From Parasitella parasitica NRRL 2501 (lineage: Eukaryota; Fungi; Mucoromycota): DNA of 64,000 nt. The translations under genes were made by a program, and so were the position numbers. The stretch lies in the NCBI GenBank assembly GCA_025201805.1, contig MU619288.1, forward strand, positions 137,123 through 201,122, in the 5' to 3' direction. Position 1 is the first letter of the stretch. Each line of letters starts with the position of its first letter. Shown here in pieces: positions 1 through 12,480 of the stretch. The notes below the pieces were generated by a model. The model saw only the letters and a program-made list of their open reading frames with translations. It had not been told where the DNA came from and made no database searches.

Positions 1-1130
1 TTCTGTACAAAAATATAGGGCTAAATTGTTGAATTGCTTGGCAGTGGTAGGGTTTGGGTCGAAGCAGGGGAAAGTTATTTCAAACAAAAGGCAACCAAGA
101 CCAGCAAGACCAATTGCAAATGCTGAGACTTGGTCGCGGCACATTGTCTTGAAAGCATTGGAGGCATTCGGGATTTAAGCAAAGGAATGAACCGGTTGTT
201 CCCTATATTTTGCCATTGAGGGCAGCCACAGAATGAGAGAGCTTGTGAAAGCAGAAAATACACGTTTGCGACGTATTATGTTCATTTGTTATCAGTGTTG
301 GTGTATAGCCGCCATGTTGCTGCTGTTTCCAGAACCCACCAAATCGTCCGTGTCTCTTGATGCGAGAGCCGAATCCGTGTCCACGATCACCGACAAACAT
401 AATCAGCCTCTTTGCACCAGAACTCTTTTTCTCGTAAGCTGCTAGTCTGTGAAAGCCTTTTCTGCAAGAGAGTTCCAGCCGTCTTCTTCTTTTTATCATG
501 GATTGGTTGTAATAGAATGAGCGCAACGATGCGCGCGAATTAGTGTGATACGAAATAGGCTTGCTCCAAACCATCAGCTGTTGAGCATTGATAAAAACTA
601 TTTTTTCCAAGATCCTTTTCCATCTCCAAAACTCTGTACCTTTCTCGTTGGTCTTCTTTTTCCGAGTCAACGAATTTGTAAACTAGCCAAACCGATATCT
701 TGATTGATTTGCTTGGAGCCTAAAGTGAAAGCGCGAGGTATAGTCAAGTGTTCAAAAGCATCAGCTTCCACAAATTCTGTCCAGTATTCATAATCCTTCT
801 TTGGACTTGTAGCCTTTTGCAGTACACCTTTGGGTATTCTAGTACTTTTCAATAAAGAGATGTACTGCTCATTATATTCTCCATTTTTCTTTCGGCAATG
901 TACAATTGAGCGTAGAATACAGATTCGAAATTGCAACTGCAAGGCATTCCAGTAATCCGTTTTTTCTTTGGATGTCTGGATTTTGCTTTGAAGCCCACTG
1001 GGATGGCTTCAGAAACAAAGCTGGAGGGTTGATGATGGTTGAGCCTGCAACATAACATTCTAACTGTCTTTTTTTGAACTTCATGTTTGGCAGGCGTACA
1101 ATAAAGCTAAGAAAAAAAAACTTCAATCTT
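1..1130 (-). pseudogene. Decayed Fanzor (eukaryotic TnpB/IS605 OrfB-like RuvC endonuclease), C-terminal part
   Basis: ORF 203..670 has IMFVGDRG..GSRIK.HGRFGG.W and TLITNEHNTSQTCIFC. Past a TAG (203-205) the frame reads GSFLCLNPEC; after a frameshift it reads CRDQVSAFAIGLAGL..LLF..TFPCF (RD at 133-138). This fits RuvC-II Glu, CxxC/CxxxxC zinc finger and RuvC-III Asp. Stops and frameshifts are present and no RuvC-I motif was found. Confidence 0.8.
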
Positions 1131-2160
1131 GTCTTTTTTTACTAGTTTTGGATGGGATTTGGTATTTGGAACCATTTTTTACCTGCGTTGGTCCAAATTC
1201 TCAATTTATCAATCTACTGTATCCTTATTCTGCCAAAGCAAGCTGCAGTTGCGATTTCAGAAATTGCTGGCTTGTTGTCGATGTTTGGATTATGTCTTTT
1301 TATTGTCTTAATTGTTCATTTTGCTATTGCAACTGAAAGAATATTGCATTAAACATGGAATTATGATGAGAGCTATTCCCAACGTCTTTGTTATAATTGT
1401 TGTTGATTGTATGCATCACGAAAGTAAATTGGCTGTTCAAGTGCTGATTAGTTCGCAAGACTGACTGATCTGACATTTTTTCTTCTCAATCATTAATAGC
1501 AATAGGGCGTCTTTTACGACCATTAAAAGCGAATGACAAAGCTATACATCATTAGCGAGATTTAATGCAAAAAATAGTGGTTAATCGAATAAATTGAAAA
1601 TGTGAAGATTCATACATGATTTCTAAATTCAGGGCTTCAATAACGAACAAGATTTGGTGGCAAGTCAGGACTTAATTTTGTCTCAAATGCAGAGAAATAC
1701 TCAGTATCTTTCACTCGATTATTTATAGCATTCACTGATTTTACCCTTTAAATTTGGGAGGTTTTTATTTTTTATTTATATACTGAATAATATATCTTTG
1801 GAAAATGTTGATTAGAATCTACGAGAAATTTCACTTCACAAGTCGAATGTTTGCATTTTCGTCCGAAAAACAATTTTTCACAATTTTAGTAAGGAGGGTG
1901 GCATAAATGATTACAAATATTTAGCTTATATGGCTAATTTTTGAAGTGTAAACTTGTTTAAACATAGAGGAACTTATTTACTCCAAGTATCTTACAATGC
2001 TGTCTTGCTGTGGATTTGATATATTTCAAGATAAGTAAAGAGTCAGGCTTGAATCTGACGTTGAATAATTCTTTGTTGTTCGTCCCAGACAAAAAATCCA
2101 ACATCAAAAGGAATAGGCAGCAATGCTAGTAATATTTCTTTCTTTTTCATCTCGCGAATA

Positions 2161-3365
2161 ATGGATACTCTTACCTTGCGCGGTACTCTCGAAGGTAATG
2201 ATCAATACACCATCAAAAACGAAAAGATTAAGAGATAGATTGATGGATGGATGGATGAATGTATTTGAACGGATGTACTAATTCTTCCTTCTTTTTCATT
2301 ATTTTTTGTTAGGTCATGGCAACTGGGGTAAGATTGATATACAAATTACAGTAGACGTACATTAGGAAGATTGACAAATGTAACTGCATTATAGTCACTG
2401 CCATTGCAACCACCTCTGAAGCTCCTGATATGGTCTTGTCTGCCTCTCGCGACAAGTCTATCATCGTTTGGAACCTTGTCAGGTAAGAAATAATTGCAAA
2501 TCATTGGATCTTTTTTGAATTGAGGGATTGATGGGAATTGATGTTTTGCAGAGATGAGTTGAACTATGGTGTTCCCCGTAAGTCTTTAGTTGGCCACTCT
2601 CACTTCGTTGAAGATCTTGCCATCTCATCTGACGGACAATTTGCTTTGTCTGCCAGTTGGGATCAGACCTTGAGACTTTGGGACCTCAACACCGGTACTA
2701 CTACCCGTAGCTTCGTTGGCCACACCAATGATGTCCTCTCCGTTTCTTTCTCTGCCGATAACCGCCAAATTGTCTCTGGTTCTCGTGACAAGTCCATCAA
2801 GTTGTGGAATACTCTTGGTGAGTGCAAGTACAACATCACTGAAGATGGCCACTCCGAGTGGGTTTCTTGTGTTCGTTTCTCTCCTAACCCTGCTAACCCC
2901 CTCATCGTTTCCGGTGGTTGGGACAAGCTCGTCAAGGTCTGGGACTTGACCAAGATGAAGTTGAGAACCAACTTTATCGGTCACAACGGCTATGTCAACA
3001 CTGTCACCATCTCTCCTGATGGTTCTCTCTGTGCCTCTGCTGGCAAGGACGGTGTTGTCATGCTCTGGGATTTGAACGATGCCAAGCATCTCTACTCTCT
3101 CGAAGCTGGATCTCTTGTCCACGCTCTTACCTTCTCTCCTAACCGCTACTGGCTCTGCGCTGCTACCGCCAACGGTATCAAGATCTGGGATCTCGAGTCC
3201 AAGTCCATTGTCGATGAGCTTCGTCCTGAATTCCCTCAATTGGGTAAGAGAAAGAATCCTGACCCTGAGTGTTTGTCTGTTTGTTGGAGCGCTGATGGTG
3301 CCACTCTCTTCTCTGGCTACTCTGATAACATCATCCGTGTCTGGCAAGTCACCCGTACTCTTTAA
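2161..3365 (+). CDS. RACK1: RACK1 / G-beta-like WD40 40S ribosomal protein (Asc1/Cpc2), 3 introns
   Basis: [11 protein letters not shown]|GHGNW|VTAIATT... spliced to ORF 2538..3365 with the typical WD repeats ([25 protein letters not shown]). Introns at about 2195-2312, 2328-2394 and 2483-2552. Confidence 0.97.
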
Positions 3366-3662
3366 ATTTATGAAATGTTTCTTTTAAAATAAAATAAAAT
3401 AAAAAGAGTATTATATATAATTGAACTTCAAATCATACACGGAAGATTGATATCAGGTTGGTTATTATGTGAATGTTGGAAAACCATGGTCAACGAAAAT
3501 CAAGGAATCATATCTTTGACAGCTGCAAGGGCTTTTCGAAAACAAAGAGATTTATATTGAGCACTTGTGGGAATCTTTGTATCTGGTAGTCTGTATTAGA
3601 GTATGAACACAGAATTTTATAATGAATGACACAGCCATAATCTATGTACATGGCAAGTTTTT

Positions 3663-5694
3663 CTAAGTCTTCTGGAGTGTCTCTAGTAGTGCTTGTTCGC
3701 ATTGTTGAACACGTTCCTGTGTCGTAATTTGAGATGTCATGAGATATACAATATTACCGAGAGGCCTGGCGAAAAGATTGATACCAGTTTCAACTGTGCC
3801 ATCAAAACCATTCTTGAATCGTCCAGAGCGCAGGTTTCGAATGACAGATTTTGAAACAGATGAACCATAGCCCTTTGCTTGGTCATCCTTTAATTCGACA
3901 GCTAACACAGAACCCAATGCCATGACACTTTCAACATTGCTCAGCTTGGATAACTGGTCTACAGTGTTGGGTGTCCACATGGACCATACATTTCTCTTCC
4001 ATGCACCACGGAATGGAGCCCAAGCACCCGATTTTTCAGCAGCCATTTCATCTAGACTCTCGATTGAAGTTTTCGCAACAGCACAACCCATTGGATGTGC
4101 AGTGTAAGAATGGCCATGTAGTAAGCAATCAGGCTTGTTTTCAGACAAAAAGATGTCGTAAATCGATTCCTTTGTAACGGTTAAAGCCAAAGGTAATAAA
4201 CCACCCGTTAAAGTTTTTGCATAAGCAGTAATATCAGGCGTCTAATTAAAATCAAGATGGTTGGGGTGAGTCTTTGTTGATAAGATAAAGACAAATGTCT
4301 ACAACTTACCACTCCCAAGAATTCAGACGCCGATCTCTTGCCCAGTCTGTACCATCCAGCAAATACTTCATCGAAAACGATGGGTAAACCTTGCCACCCC
4401 TTGTGTGAAGTCTCATCCACGCCATACAAAAGCTGAGAACCTTCATCTCTAACGATATCAATTAATGTACGTTGGAAAAGGGGATCTACAAAGATCATCC
4501 CCCCAGCACCCATCAGAATGGGTTCCATGAGAAGAGATCCAATACGACGCTTTTGAGCTTTGAGTGATTTGAGTTCAGAGCGAATGTATTTGGCATAAGA
4601 AGCTGCTAGAGATTCATCGCGCAGTTGGCCTTGTTCTTGAATCGAATAAATGTCATCCATAGAATCGTAATACACTTTATCAGTCTTGTGGTACTGAGCA
4701 ATCTCGGTGGGTAAACGGACATGGGCACGACCGTGAGATATGTGAACAGATGGAGGTTTGAGCCAGTGGCCCTTTGGTTCATACCATTGTACTTGCTCAT
4801 TATATACATTGGGCGAACAAGCATCCATTGTACCTATAGTATCACCGTGGTAACTGCCGTCAATACCCAAAATCTCAACAGGAGCCTTGATGCTGAAACC
4901 GTAACGTTTAGCAGTAGCGCTCATGGCCATCTTTAACGCAACTTCCATGGCTGTTGAGCCATTGTCAGAAAAAAAGACACGGGAAGCCCAAGTGTCTTTT
5001 TCCAGGACCTTTTCAGCTAAAGCAAGAGCAGGCTCATTGGTTGATTCAGGAAAGATGACATGGCCGTACCGGCCAGCGGCATAGGCAGCAGCCTTGGTCA
5101 ATTCGGGATTAGCATGGCCAAGGCCCTGTGTCCACCAACTAGCACAAGAATCAAACATTTCTTTGGGAATTCCCTTGTCATATGTAGTGAAATAGTCGTT
5201 GTGGGCGGAATCAATGACAGTGACATCTTTAACAAGTTCATGTTGAGTAAATGGCCACCAAAATGTTTCGCGTGATTTCTGCGCCATCGTTTCCAGTCTA
5301 TCAAAGCGCTCCATATGCTTTAAATCAAGATGCTGAATGACAGGAACAAGGAAGTCATCTACTTGCGTGTAGTATTTCGACATGGACTGTTGCTCCAACA
5401 CAGGATCTTCTAGTGGAGCAGGTGGAGGCGGTATTGTAGCTACTAGTGTGTCTCTTACTCGATTTCCAATCAGATCGTGGTTCTTGTAGTTGGGTTGATC
5501 AAAGAGTAAAATTGTGGGGATATCATAACCCCTCATGTTGAGCGATTCATAGGAGGTTAGCGTGGTAGAGATGCCACCTAAATTACTATCACCGACCAAC
5601 AAAGTGGGCAATCTCAGGGTTCTATAGAAATCTGCTTGGGGTGTTCCTAATACGATTGCTATTCAGCAAAGCTGCTGAAAATGCCTTTGTCCCC

Positions 5695-5733
<39 letters not shown>

Positions 5734-5738
5734 AAGGC

Positions 5739-5769
<31 letters not shown>

Positions 5770-6314
5770 TATAAGTTTACCTGACATGACAGGACTATGA
5801 ACGCCTCCAGCAGTTTCCATGAAAAAGTAGCTGCCATTTTGTTTTTGTTGTTGCACGTAATCTAGCATTTTTTGCTTTAATCTAGCCAACACTTCCATAT
5901 CGTGCGGAGGCTAAATTACCGTGTCATTGTTAGTTACTATCATCATGGAATCATGGAGATCTGCATACTTTATCAGTTGCAATGTGAGGGCTGACTGGAT
6001 CAGGATACGCATACAATGTGTCTGATTTGAGGATGGATGAATTATGGTAGGTCTTGACATGTCTGCGGTAAAAAGTGGAAGAGTTGAATTATGCATTTTA
6101 ATAGTCAATTGACTTTTTGTTACCTTTCATCGCTGTCAACTGGATACCCTGTTTGTACAGGTTTGACGTAGAAGACGTCTCGATTGCTCTCCTTTGCCAC
6201 TATAGCCGCAGCTCTGCAGAGGCCTGTAGCAAAGATAGTCTTTCCAACATTGGTATTTGCAGCGAATATCTGGTAGGCTTGAAATGCTCGCGTAGGCAAA
6301 AATGGAGTCGGCAT
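3663..6314 (-). CDS. bioDA: Bifunctional dethiobiotin synthetase / DAPA aminotransferase (bioDA, BIO3-BIO1-like fusion), multi-exon
   Basis: N-terminal IFAANTNVGKT P-loop, YVKPVQTG, ETAGGVHSP and LVGDSNLGGIS are DTB-synthetase motifs. WWPFTQH, SWWTQGLGH, SDNGSTAMEVALKMA, SYHGDT, DEVFAG, AKTLTGG and HGHSYTAHP are class III aminotransferase motifs. Confidence 0.93.
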
Positions 6315-6618
6315 CACAATGAAAGAAGATGTTGAAATAGCCACGCCGAATCGGTTTAAATAGCGATTCCAGGATTAGATGATAACAGTAGGCAGGCAGA
6401 GACTCGATCCTTACACGGTATGTTAAAAACCCGATATCCCCAACTCTTTTTTGCTGCAGCATATAGAAAGGACATTGTGAAGAGATTGATCAATTTCATT
6501 GGCATACATCCTTGGAAACGCGATTTCATTTAAATACTCTAGACATGTCCAATCTTCTTTTCTTTCTTTCTTCTCTTCTTTCTCTTTTTTTTCAATCTCT
6601 CCTAACGCTTCCTTGTAA

Positions 6619-8049
6619 ATGTCTGCGTTTCGTATTATCTCAAGACCTCTCCAGAATAGCCGCCGCCACCTGAGCACTAGCCTGGCTTCTCATCTTGCTG
6701 CCGTTACCCAAAGAACGGCACCCGAAGCATTGTCTGCTGCTGCTCTTCATGCTGGCGGCCCCATGAGAAATGACTGGAGTCGTGAAGAAATCCAATCCGT
6801 CTACGACTCTCCATTGATGGATTTATTGTTTCACGGTGTAAGTTTCATGAAAGCACATGCCAACAAACGTAATTGGATCATTCATCATCTCTTTTTCTCT
6901 AGGCCAAAGTCCACCGTGAGAATTTCAACCCTAGAGAAGTACAGCAATGTACTTTGCTGTCCATCAAAACAGGCGGCTGTACCGAAGACTGCAAGTACTG
7001 CCCTCAGTCTTCTCGTTACAAAACGTCTGTCAAAGCCCAAAAGATTCTTGATTCAGAGGAGATTCTTTTTGCTGCTCAAAGAGCTAAAGATGCCGGTAGC
7101 ACAAGGTAATGTTACAATCAGCTATGGTAATCAGGGAAATTAATTTGTTTTAGGTTTTGTATGGGTGCGGCGTGGAGAGACTTGGCTGGTCGCAAATCGA
7201 ACTTCAACAAGATTTTGGATCATGTCAAGGTTATCCGGTAAGATAAAGCACGACGTATATACCAATGCGCTGGGCCGCTCACTCACTCCTATAAAAAAAA
7301 AAGCTCTATGGGAATGGAGGTATGTTGTACGTTGGGAATGTTGGATGAAGAGCAAGCCAAGGCTCTGAAAAACGCTGGCTTGACAGCTTACAATCACAAT
7401 TTGGATACTTCTCGTGAATATTATCCCAAGGTAAGATTGCCAGGTTCTTACCCAATTACTCTCTGACTCACTCGCTTGGAATACGTAGATTATTACTACA
7501 CGTACTTATGACGAACGCTTAAAAACAATTGATAATGCTCAAAATGCCGGTATCTCTGTCTGCTCTGGAGGCATCATTGGTCTAGGTGAAAAGGGTGAAG
7601 ACAGAGTCGGATTACTGCACACCTTGTCAACACTGAAGCAACATCCTGAAAGTGTGCCTGTCAATGCTTTATTGGCTGTTGAGGGCACCCCTTTGGAAAA
7701 ACAAGAGCCTGTATCGGTTTTTGAGATGGTTCGTATGATTGCTACGGCTCGTATCATTATGCCTAAATCCATGGTTCGTCTTTCGGCTGGTCGTGTTCGC
7801 TTCTCTGTTCCTGAACAAGCCATGTGCTTTATGGCGGGTGCCAACTCTATCTTTACGGGTGACAAGCTGTTGACCACTCCCAACAATGAAATTTCGGACG
7901 ACAAAAATATGTTTGATTTACTTGGCCTTGTTCCTAAACCACCAAACTTTGCTCAAGGCTCTGATAAGAAACAAGTTCCTGTTTATCAATCACAAATGCC
8001 TAAATGCTTTAAGCCTAAACAGGAAGAAAATGTATCTGAAGTAGCATAG
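6619..8049 (+). CDS. BIO2: Biotin synthase (radical SAM), mitochondrial, multi-exon
   Basis: Presequence-like N-terminus, [27 protein letters not shown] (CxxxCxxC), [40 protein letters not shown]. Confidence 0.96.
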
Positions 8050-10207
8050 ATACGTGTGAAAGATTTTTATTCATCAGGAATAAACAATAGATTTCTATAA
8101 TCAGCGTGCTAGATATCTTTACGTTGTTAACAGATGCATCTATAAACAGATGAGCGATCCTCGTTCCAAAATTAGTGGTGGTATCAACTTTATCGTCATT
8201 AGCACGCCGTCTCTCATTACCGTCCTGCATGTGGTGCATAGCCACTATTTAAAAAGGGGTTGATGAAAAGTTGCACAAAGGAGAGGATGATCTTATTTCA
8301 TCGATATTCATTTTCTTATTGACTGGAACAGACTGCAGGGTAATTTATTGAAAAAAACCTTAATTTTAAGAGTTTGTGTGTCTAAATCCGGTTCAAGTCG
8401 TCTTCATGAAAATTGGCAATTCAGGACCCAAGTTTTCTTCATATAAAAATTCTCCACTCATATAGCAAAAAGAAAAAAAAAAGATGCGTGCATAACAATG
8501 GTTTTGATATCTACATCTTTAAGTAAAGCTTCTAATTTTTCATACAATGATATTTTTCTTTAGTTTTTGACGCATAATAAAATTGGATCATAGGCCGTGT
8601 TATCTTTTTTGGGTCGAAAGCAAGTATCACGAACGCACAGCTACCACGTCAAATGCATTCATTTTTCCTAGGTACAAGCATAAATGTTTTGATACCTATT
8701 TGTCATGCGCAAAATTCCTTCAATATTAATCTACGTACATACGATTGCATGTAACAATGTGTATTTTTTCAAAGGTTTCTCAAGCTTTGAAAACGGTGCT
8801 TTTTAATGCATTCATGTGTCATTTATTCCTATTTTTAAAGCAACTCGTTTAACTCCAATAATGCTTACTTTGGTGCAAGATTGCTATTCTGGCTGTATAT
8901 TTTATTCTTATCGTTTGCTTGCTGCAACAACGTTTTTTTACATGTGTCCGTCTCCAAATGAATTACGTTGGCCACATATTCAGGTGCTTTCATCGCGATA
9001 TGTTTCATTTCGTCATGCGTAAATTTGAATATTTTCTCTACGTAAAGATGTTGTGAAAAACTGATATCAATTAAACATTTCAAGTTTCTTTGCCGCATTA
9101 AGTGTAACTTACTCTTCAGCTTGTAATAACACATTAATATATGCGTGAATTTACAAGGTGCGAGTCTTTCAAGTAATTTTATGTATGATGCTAATTTACT
9201 CATAAAACTCGCTTCAAGAATTTGATCTAAAAGACAATTCCTAAATAAAGAAGTTTCATGGCTTAAACCCGGGATTAATGACAATTTTAAATAAAACTGG
9301 TTTATTCTGCAAATGGTACATATAGATCATGTTACGGTACATGTATATACTATCCTAAGCTGCGACTTGTTAAACACATTTCATGTATTTCGTGTTAACA
9401 TGCGACAAAACAAGATAACTTGGCCAGCAGCGATAGCTTATATGACTCAATGTATGCTTGCTGATTGATAAACAGCTAACGATAGATACTTGTTTATGCT
9501 CACATTCTCTTCAAAAATAGTAGTTTTCCTTTAAAGGGCTCTTGGCCGCTTTCTTTCATCCCATGCATGTCATCCTCACTCAAACTTGTCAATGCTGCAT
9601 GTTAATGAATCTCGAGGTATTTTCCTTTTTGCTCTACTGGCACAAGCAAGTAAATCCATCATCCTATCTTATATCGTCCAAGATGATCATTGTATTACTG
9701 CTCCTTGTTTGAGATGATGAATGACAAAAAGGCGGCAACCTTAAAATATAGCGAGTGCAACTTGAGGTTGTGATGAATATTATAAAGAGGAGCAAATGTC
9801 ACTGCGAATGATGCTTGTACGAGCCAAGTTAGTTGACATGTGATTGGGCCACATTTCATTTATTTATATCATATCGTCTTTCTATAAATGAGTTTCTCTT
9901 TTCTTTCCTTCAATTTTTTTTTAGACTTCGCGCCATTTAACTGAACAGCTCAAATCACGCAGCTCCCCCATCCTTTCATTTGAATTCACCCATTACTTTT
10001 TTTTTTTGTCATACAAAAAAAGTGGACTATTCGCCTCAAAAAAAATTTTCTGTTCTTGCAATCTCAACTTACTACAAGCAAAAAACGTCAATTCCTTTGC
10101 TTCAATTCAACTATCATCTATATTAATTAAACGACGTAAGAAACGATATGTATAAAAAGCACATTGCCCATAAACTAATCAAAATTGCTTTACAGTAGCA
10201 AACAGGA

Positions 10208-11483
10208 ATGGGTCAATTAATCTCTGGTTTAAATCTTCGTCCTGGAGATACACTTGTACCTGAACTGGGTTTCGATCTTAAAAGTAAGTCGCTTTTTTAC
10301 TTTTTGTAATTGTAATAGGGTTACTAAACTATAATTTTTAATCCAGATGCCACACCATCTAGCGACGAGCTTCAGATGTATAATAAGCTCTCATCCTCTC
10401 TAGTAGAGCCAGGCCCTGCTTTATTACTTCTTTTGAAGAACTATGTTCCTGCTTCTGATCAAATCCGTGATGCGATCGCTAAACCAACTCCTGAAAACGA
10501 ATCTAAAGCTTGGGATGCTGTTACCCCTACAGTCGATTTTTTGCGTAATATTTATGGCTATTCAGCCGATCTTCGTAAAGTTTAGAATAGCATTCAACTT
10601 GATAATTTTACTGAATTCAATTGTTTATAGAGGAAGGATTACCAAAGCTGTTAGGAGTTTTGTGCCAAGGTGATGTTAGTAAAAACCTGGAAAAAAATCA
10701 AGGTTTAGCAAAGCTGTTTGCTGAATTACTAGATTTTGTGTTTGAATTTGATAACCTAAAGGTAAGATTTAATCTTTGGTTGCGTTAACAAAACTGGATT
10801 ATTAACCATCCCATAGATGCATTGCCCAACGCTTCAAAATGATTTCTCATATTATCGACGCATGCTGCAACGAGGACGTCACAGTGGTCATGATGGACGA
10901 GATGGCGATGAGAATCTCGTGTCAGATTTAAGGAGTGCTATGATTGAAGATGACCAAGCAAACCGTATATCACTTTTTATTGCTTATCCCACTCCTATGC
11001 TGAAATGTATAATTGATACTACTACCGTATTTGTAAATAATAATCAATTACAAAAGAGTGTGGGGGATTGGCTTGCTGCATTATGGTCTACTTGTTTCAA
11101 TACAGTTAGTAAAAAGAGGTAAACATCGGTTATCAAATGTTGATGCAAAAGTGCTAATGTCAATTTAGAAAACAAAAACCTGAAACATCTGCATTCTGTA
11201 TGAAGGTCATGGTGGTTTCAATCATCTTGTACGATCATATTGACCCAAATGGCGCCTTTTACAAAAATTCACCTATTAATGTAAGTCTTTCACCTCGACA
11301 AGCGTATTTATACTAACATTTCCATAGATCAAACATTCTGTCAAAGTTATCCAAACGATTACAACATTGAAATCAAATGAATACAATGCGACAAACCTAT
11401 TGTCTGCTTTACGATATAACTCAAAACACCTCAACGACGATACCACTCCAAAAGGTGTCAAGAATTTAGTGTTGGCTACATGA
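10208..11483 (+). CDS. CYRI / FAM49 (CYFIP-related Rac interactor, DUF1394) homolog, multi-exon
   Basis: MGQLIS start; [50 protein letters not shown] and [20 protein letters not shown] match family motifs. There is also a 5'-UTR intron (~10136-10195). Confidence 0.88.
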
Positions 11484-11959
11484 AGAGAGCATCAATAATT
11501 TTCGTACAACATTCAATAACTCTATTTTTACCTATTAATATTTGCTTTTTTTATTTACTAACGACTTAATGTATCTCACGTTTTCTTTTCTCTTTTTCTC
11601 TGGATTTATCTGACCCTATTTTTACCATTATTACTTACTTTATTACACACCAAATTAACAATAATAACATCTTTTCTTTTTATCTTTTGCATGTAACACA
11701 TCCATTTCCTTTTGAGTTTTAACAGGTTGGGTTTCAACCTTATTTGATTCCACTTTACCCTACAAGCGAAGCTGTGGCGATGTATGTTTCTTAATTTGAA
11801 TCAAATCCGATTTTAATAATTGATCTACAATGATTAATTGAACACAAGCCTTTTGTATGATATCTCATAATAACCAGCAAAAAAGGACCACAAGAGTATT
11901 TACTATGTTTATTAGATATATAAAAATTCAAGTTATTGTACAAATATAAGAGCTGTCCA

Positions 11960-12480
11960 TTCCGTCGAACTACAGTGAAGAAATACTATCAGCCAAAAAC
12001 TACTATATTGGCGACGGCATTGTTTTTGAAACGTCTGCTCCATTTGGTTTGATTGAGACCTCACGAGAAACTACGGATCAAGTAAAGGCTGCAAATGGCT
12101 TACTATCAATGTTGCAAGCCATCACTCAACAATTCAAACAAACTGATAATCAAGTATTTCAGAAATTTTGAATCTATTTTTTACATGCTTCTCAGGACTG
12201 TAATAGACTTTGGACCTTTTAGTTTGGTTGATAAGGAGCTATATGCTTTGAGTAGAGTAGACTGTTCAACTAGTCTAATATCCTATTCTGATCAGTTCAA
12301 GGTAGTGTTTATGCATTTGGCTAATCGTTTCTGGAATTTGAAGGTTCGTACGACTCGAAAAGCCATTTATTTGAAATAGCAATTCTATTTCCTTTTAACA
12401 AGCTGCTACTTGATGTTCCTTCATCTCTCAAAAATTAAGACGGGACCTTGACAGGCACAATAATAGACTTAGTACAATTG
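11960..12480 (+). pseudogene. Degenerate remnant of a Mucorales multicopy ORF family (restriction-endonuclease-like / Crinkler-type C-terminus)
   Basis: Broken frames give YIGDGIV, LVLIETS, DQVKAANGLLSMLQAI and IYFLHAS..RLWTF. The family assignment is by recall only. Confidence 0.35.

Noticed and set aside
2195-2552. U24 snoRNA in a RACK1 intron, as in yeast ASC1
   Set aside because: No paired box C (RTGATGA) and box D (CTGA), and no U24 guide sequence, in these short introns.
2625-3347. 240-aa antisense ORF (similarly 16268..16816 and 47318..47806)
   Set aside because: Antisense shadows of codon-biased real genes.
5622-5898. Poly-Phe ORFs
   Set aside because: Read-through into the homopolymer-rich bioDA intron.
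8865-9284. 139-aa ORF between BIO2 and CYRI
   Set aside because: Non-ATG start and no motifs; probably TE debris or chance.
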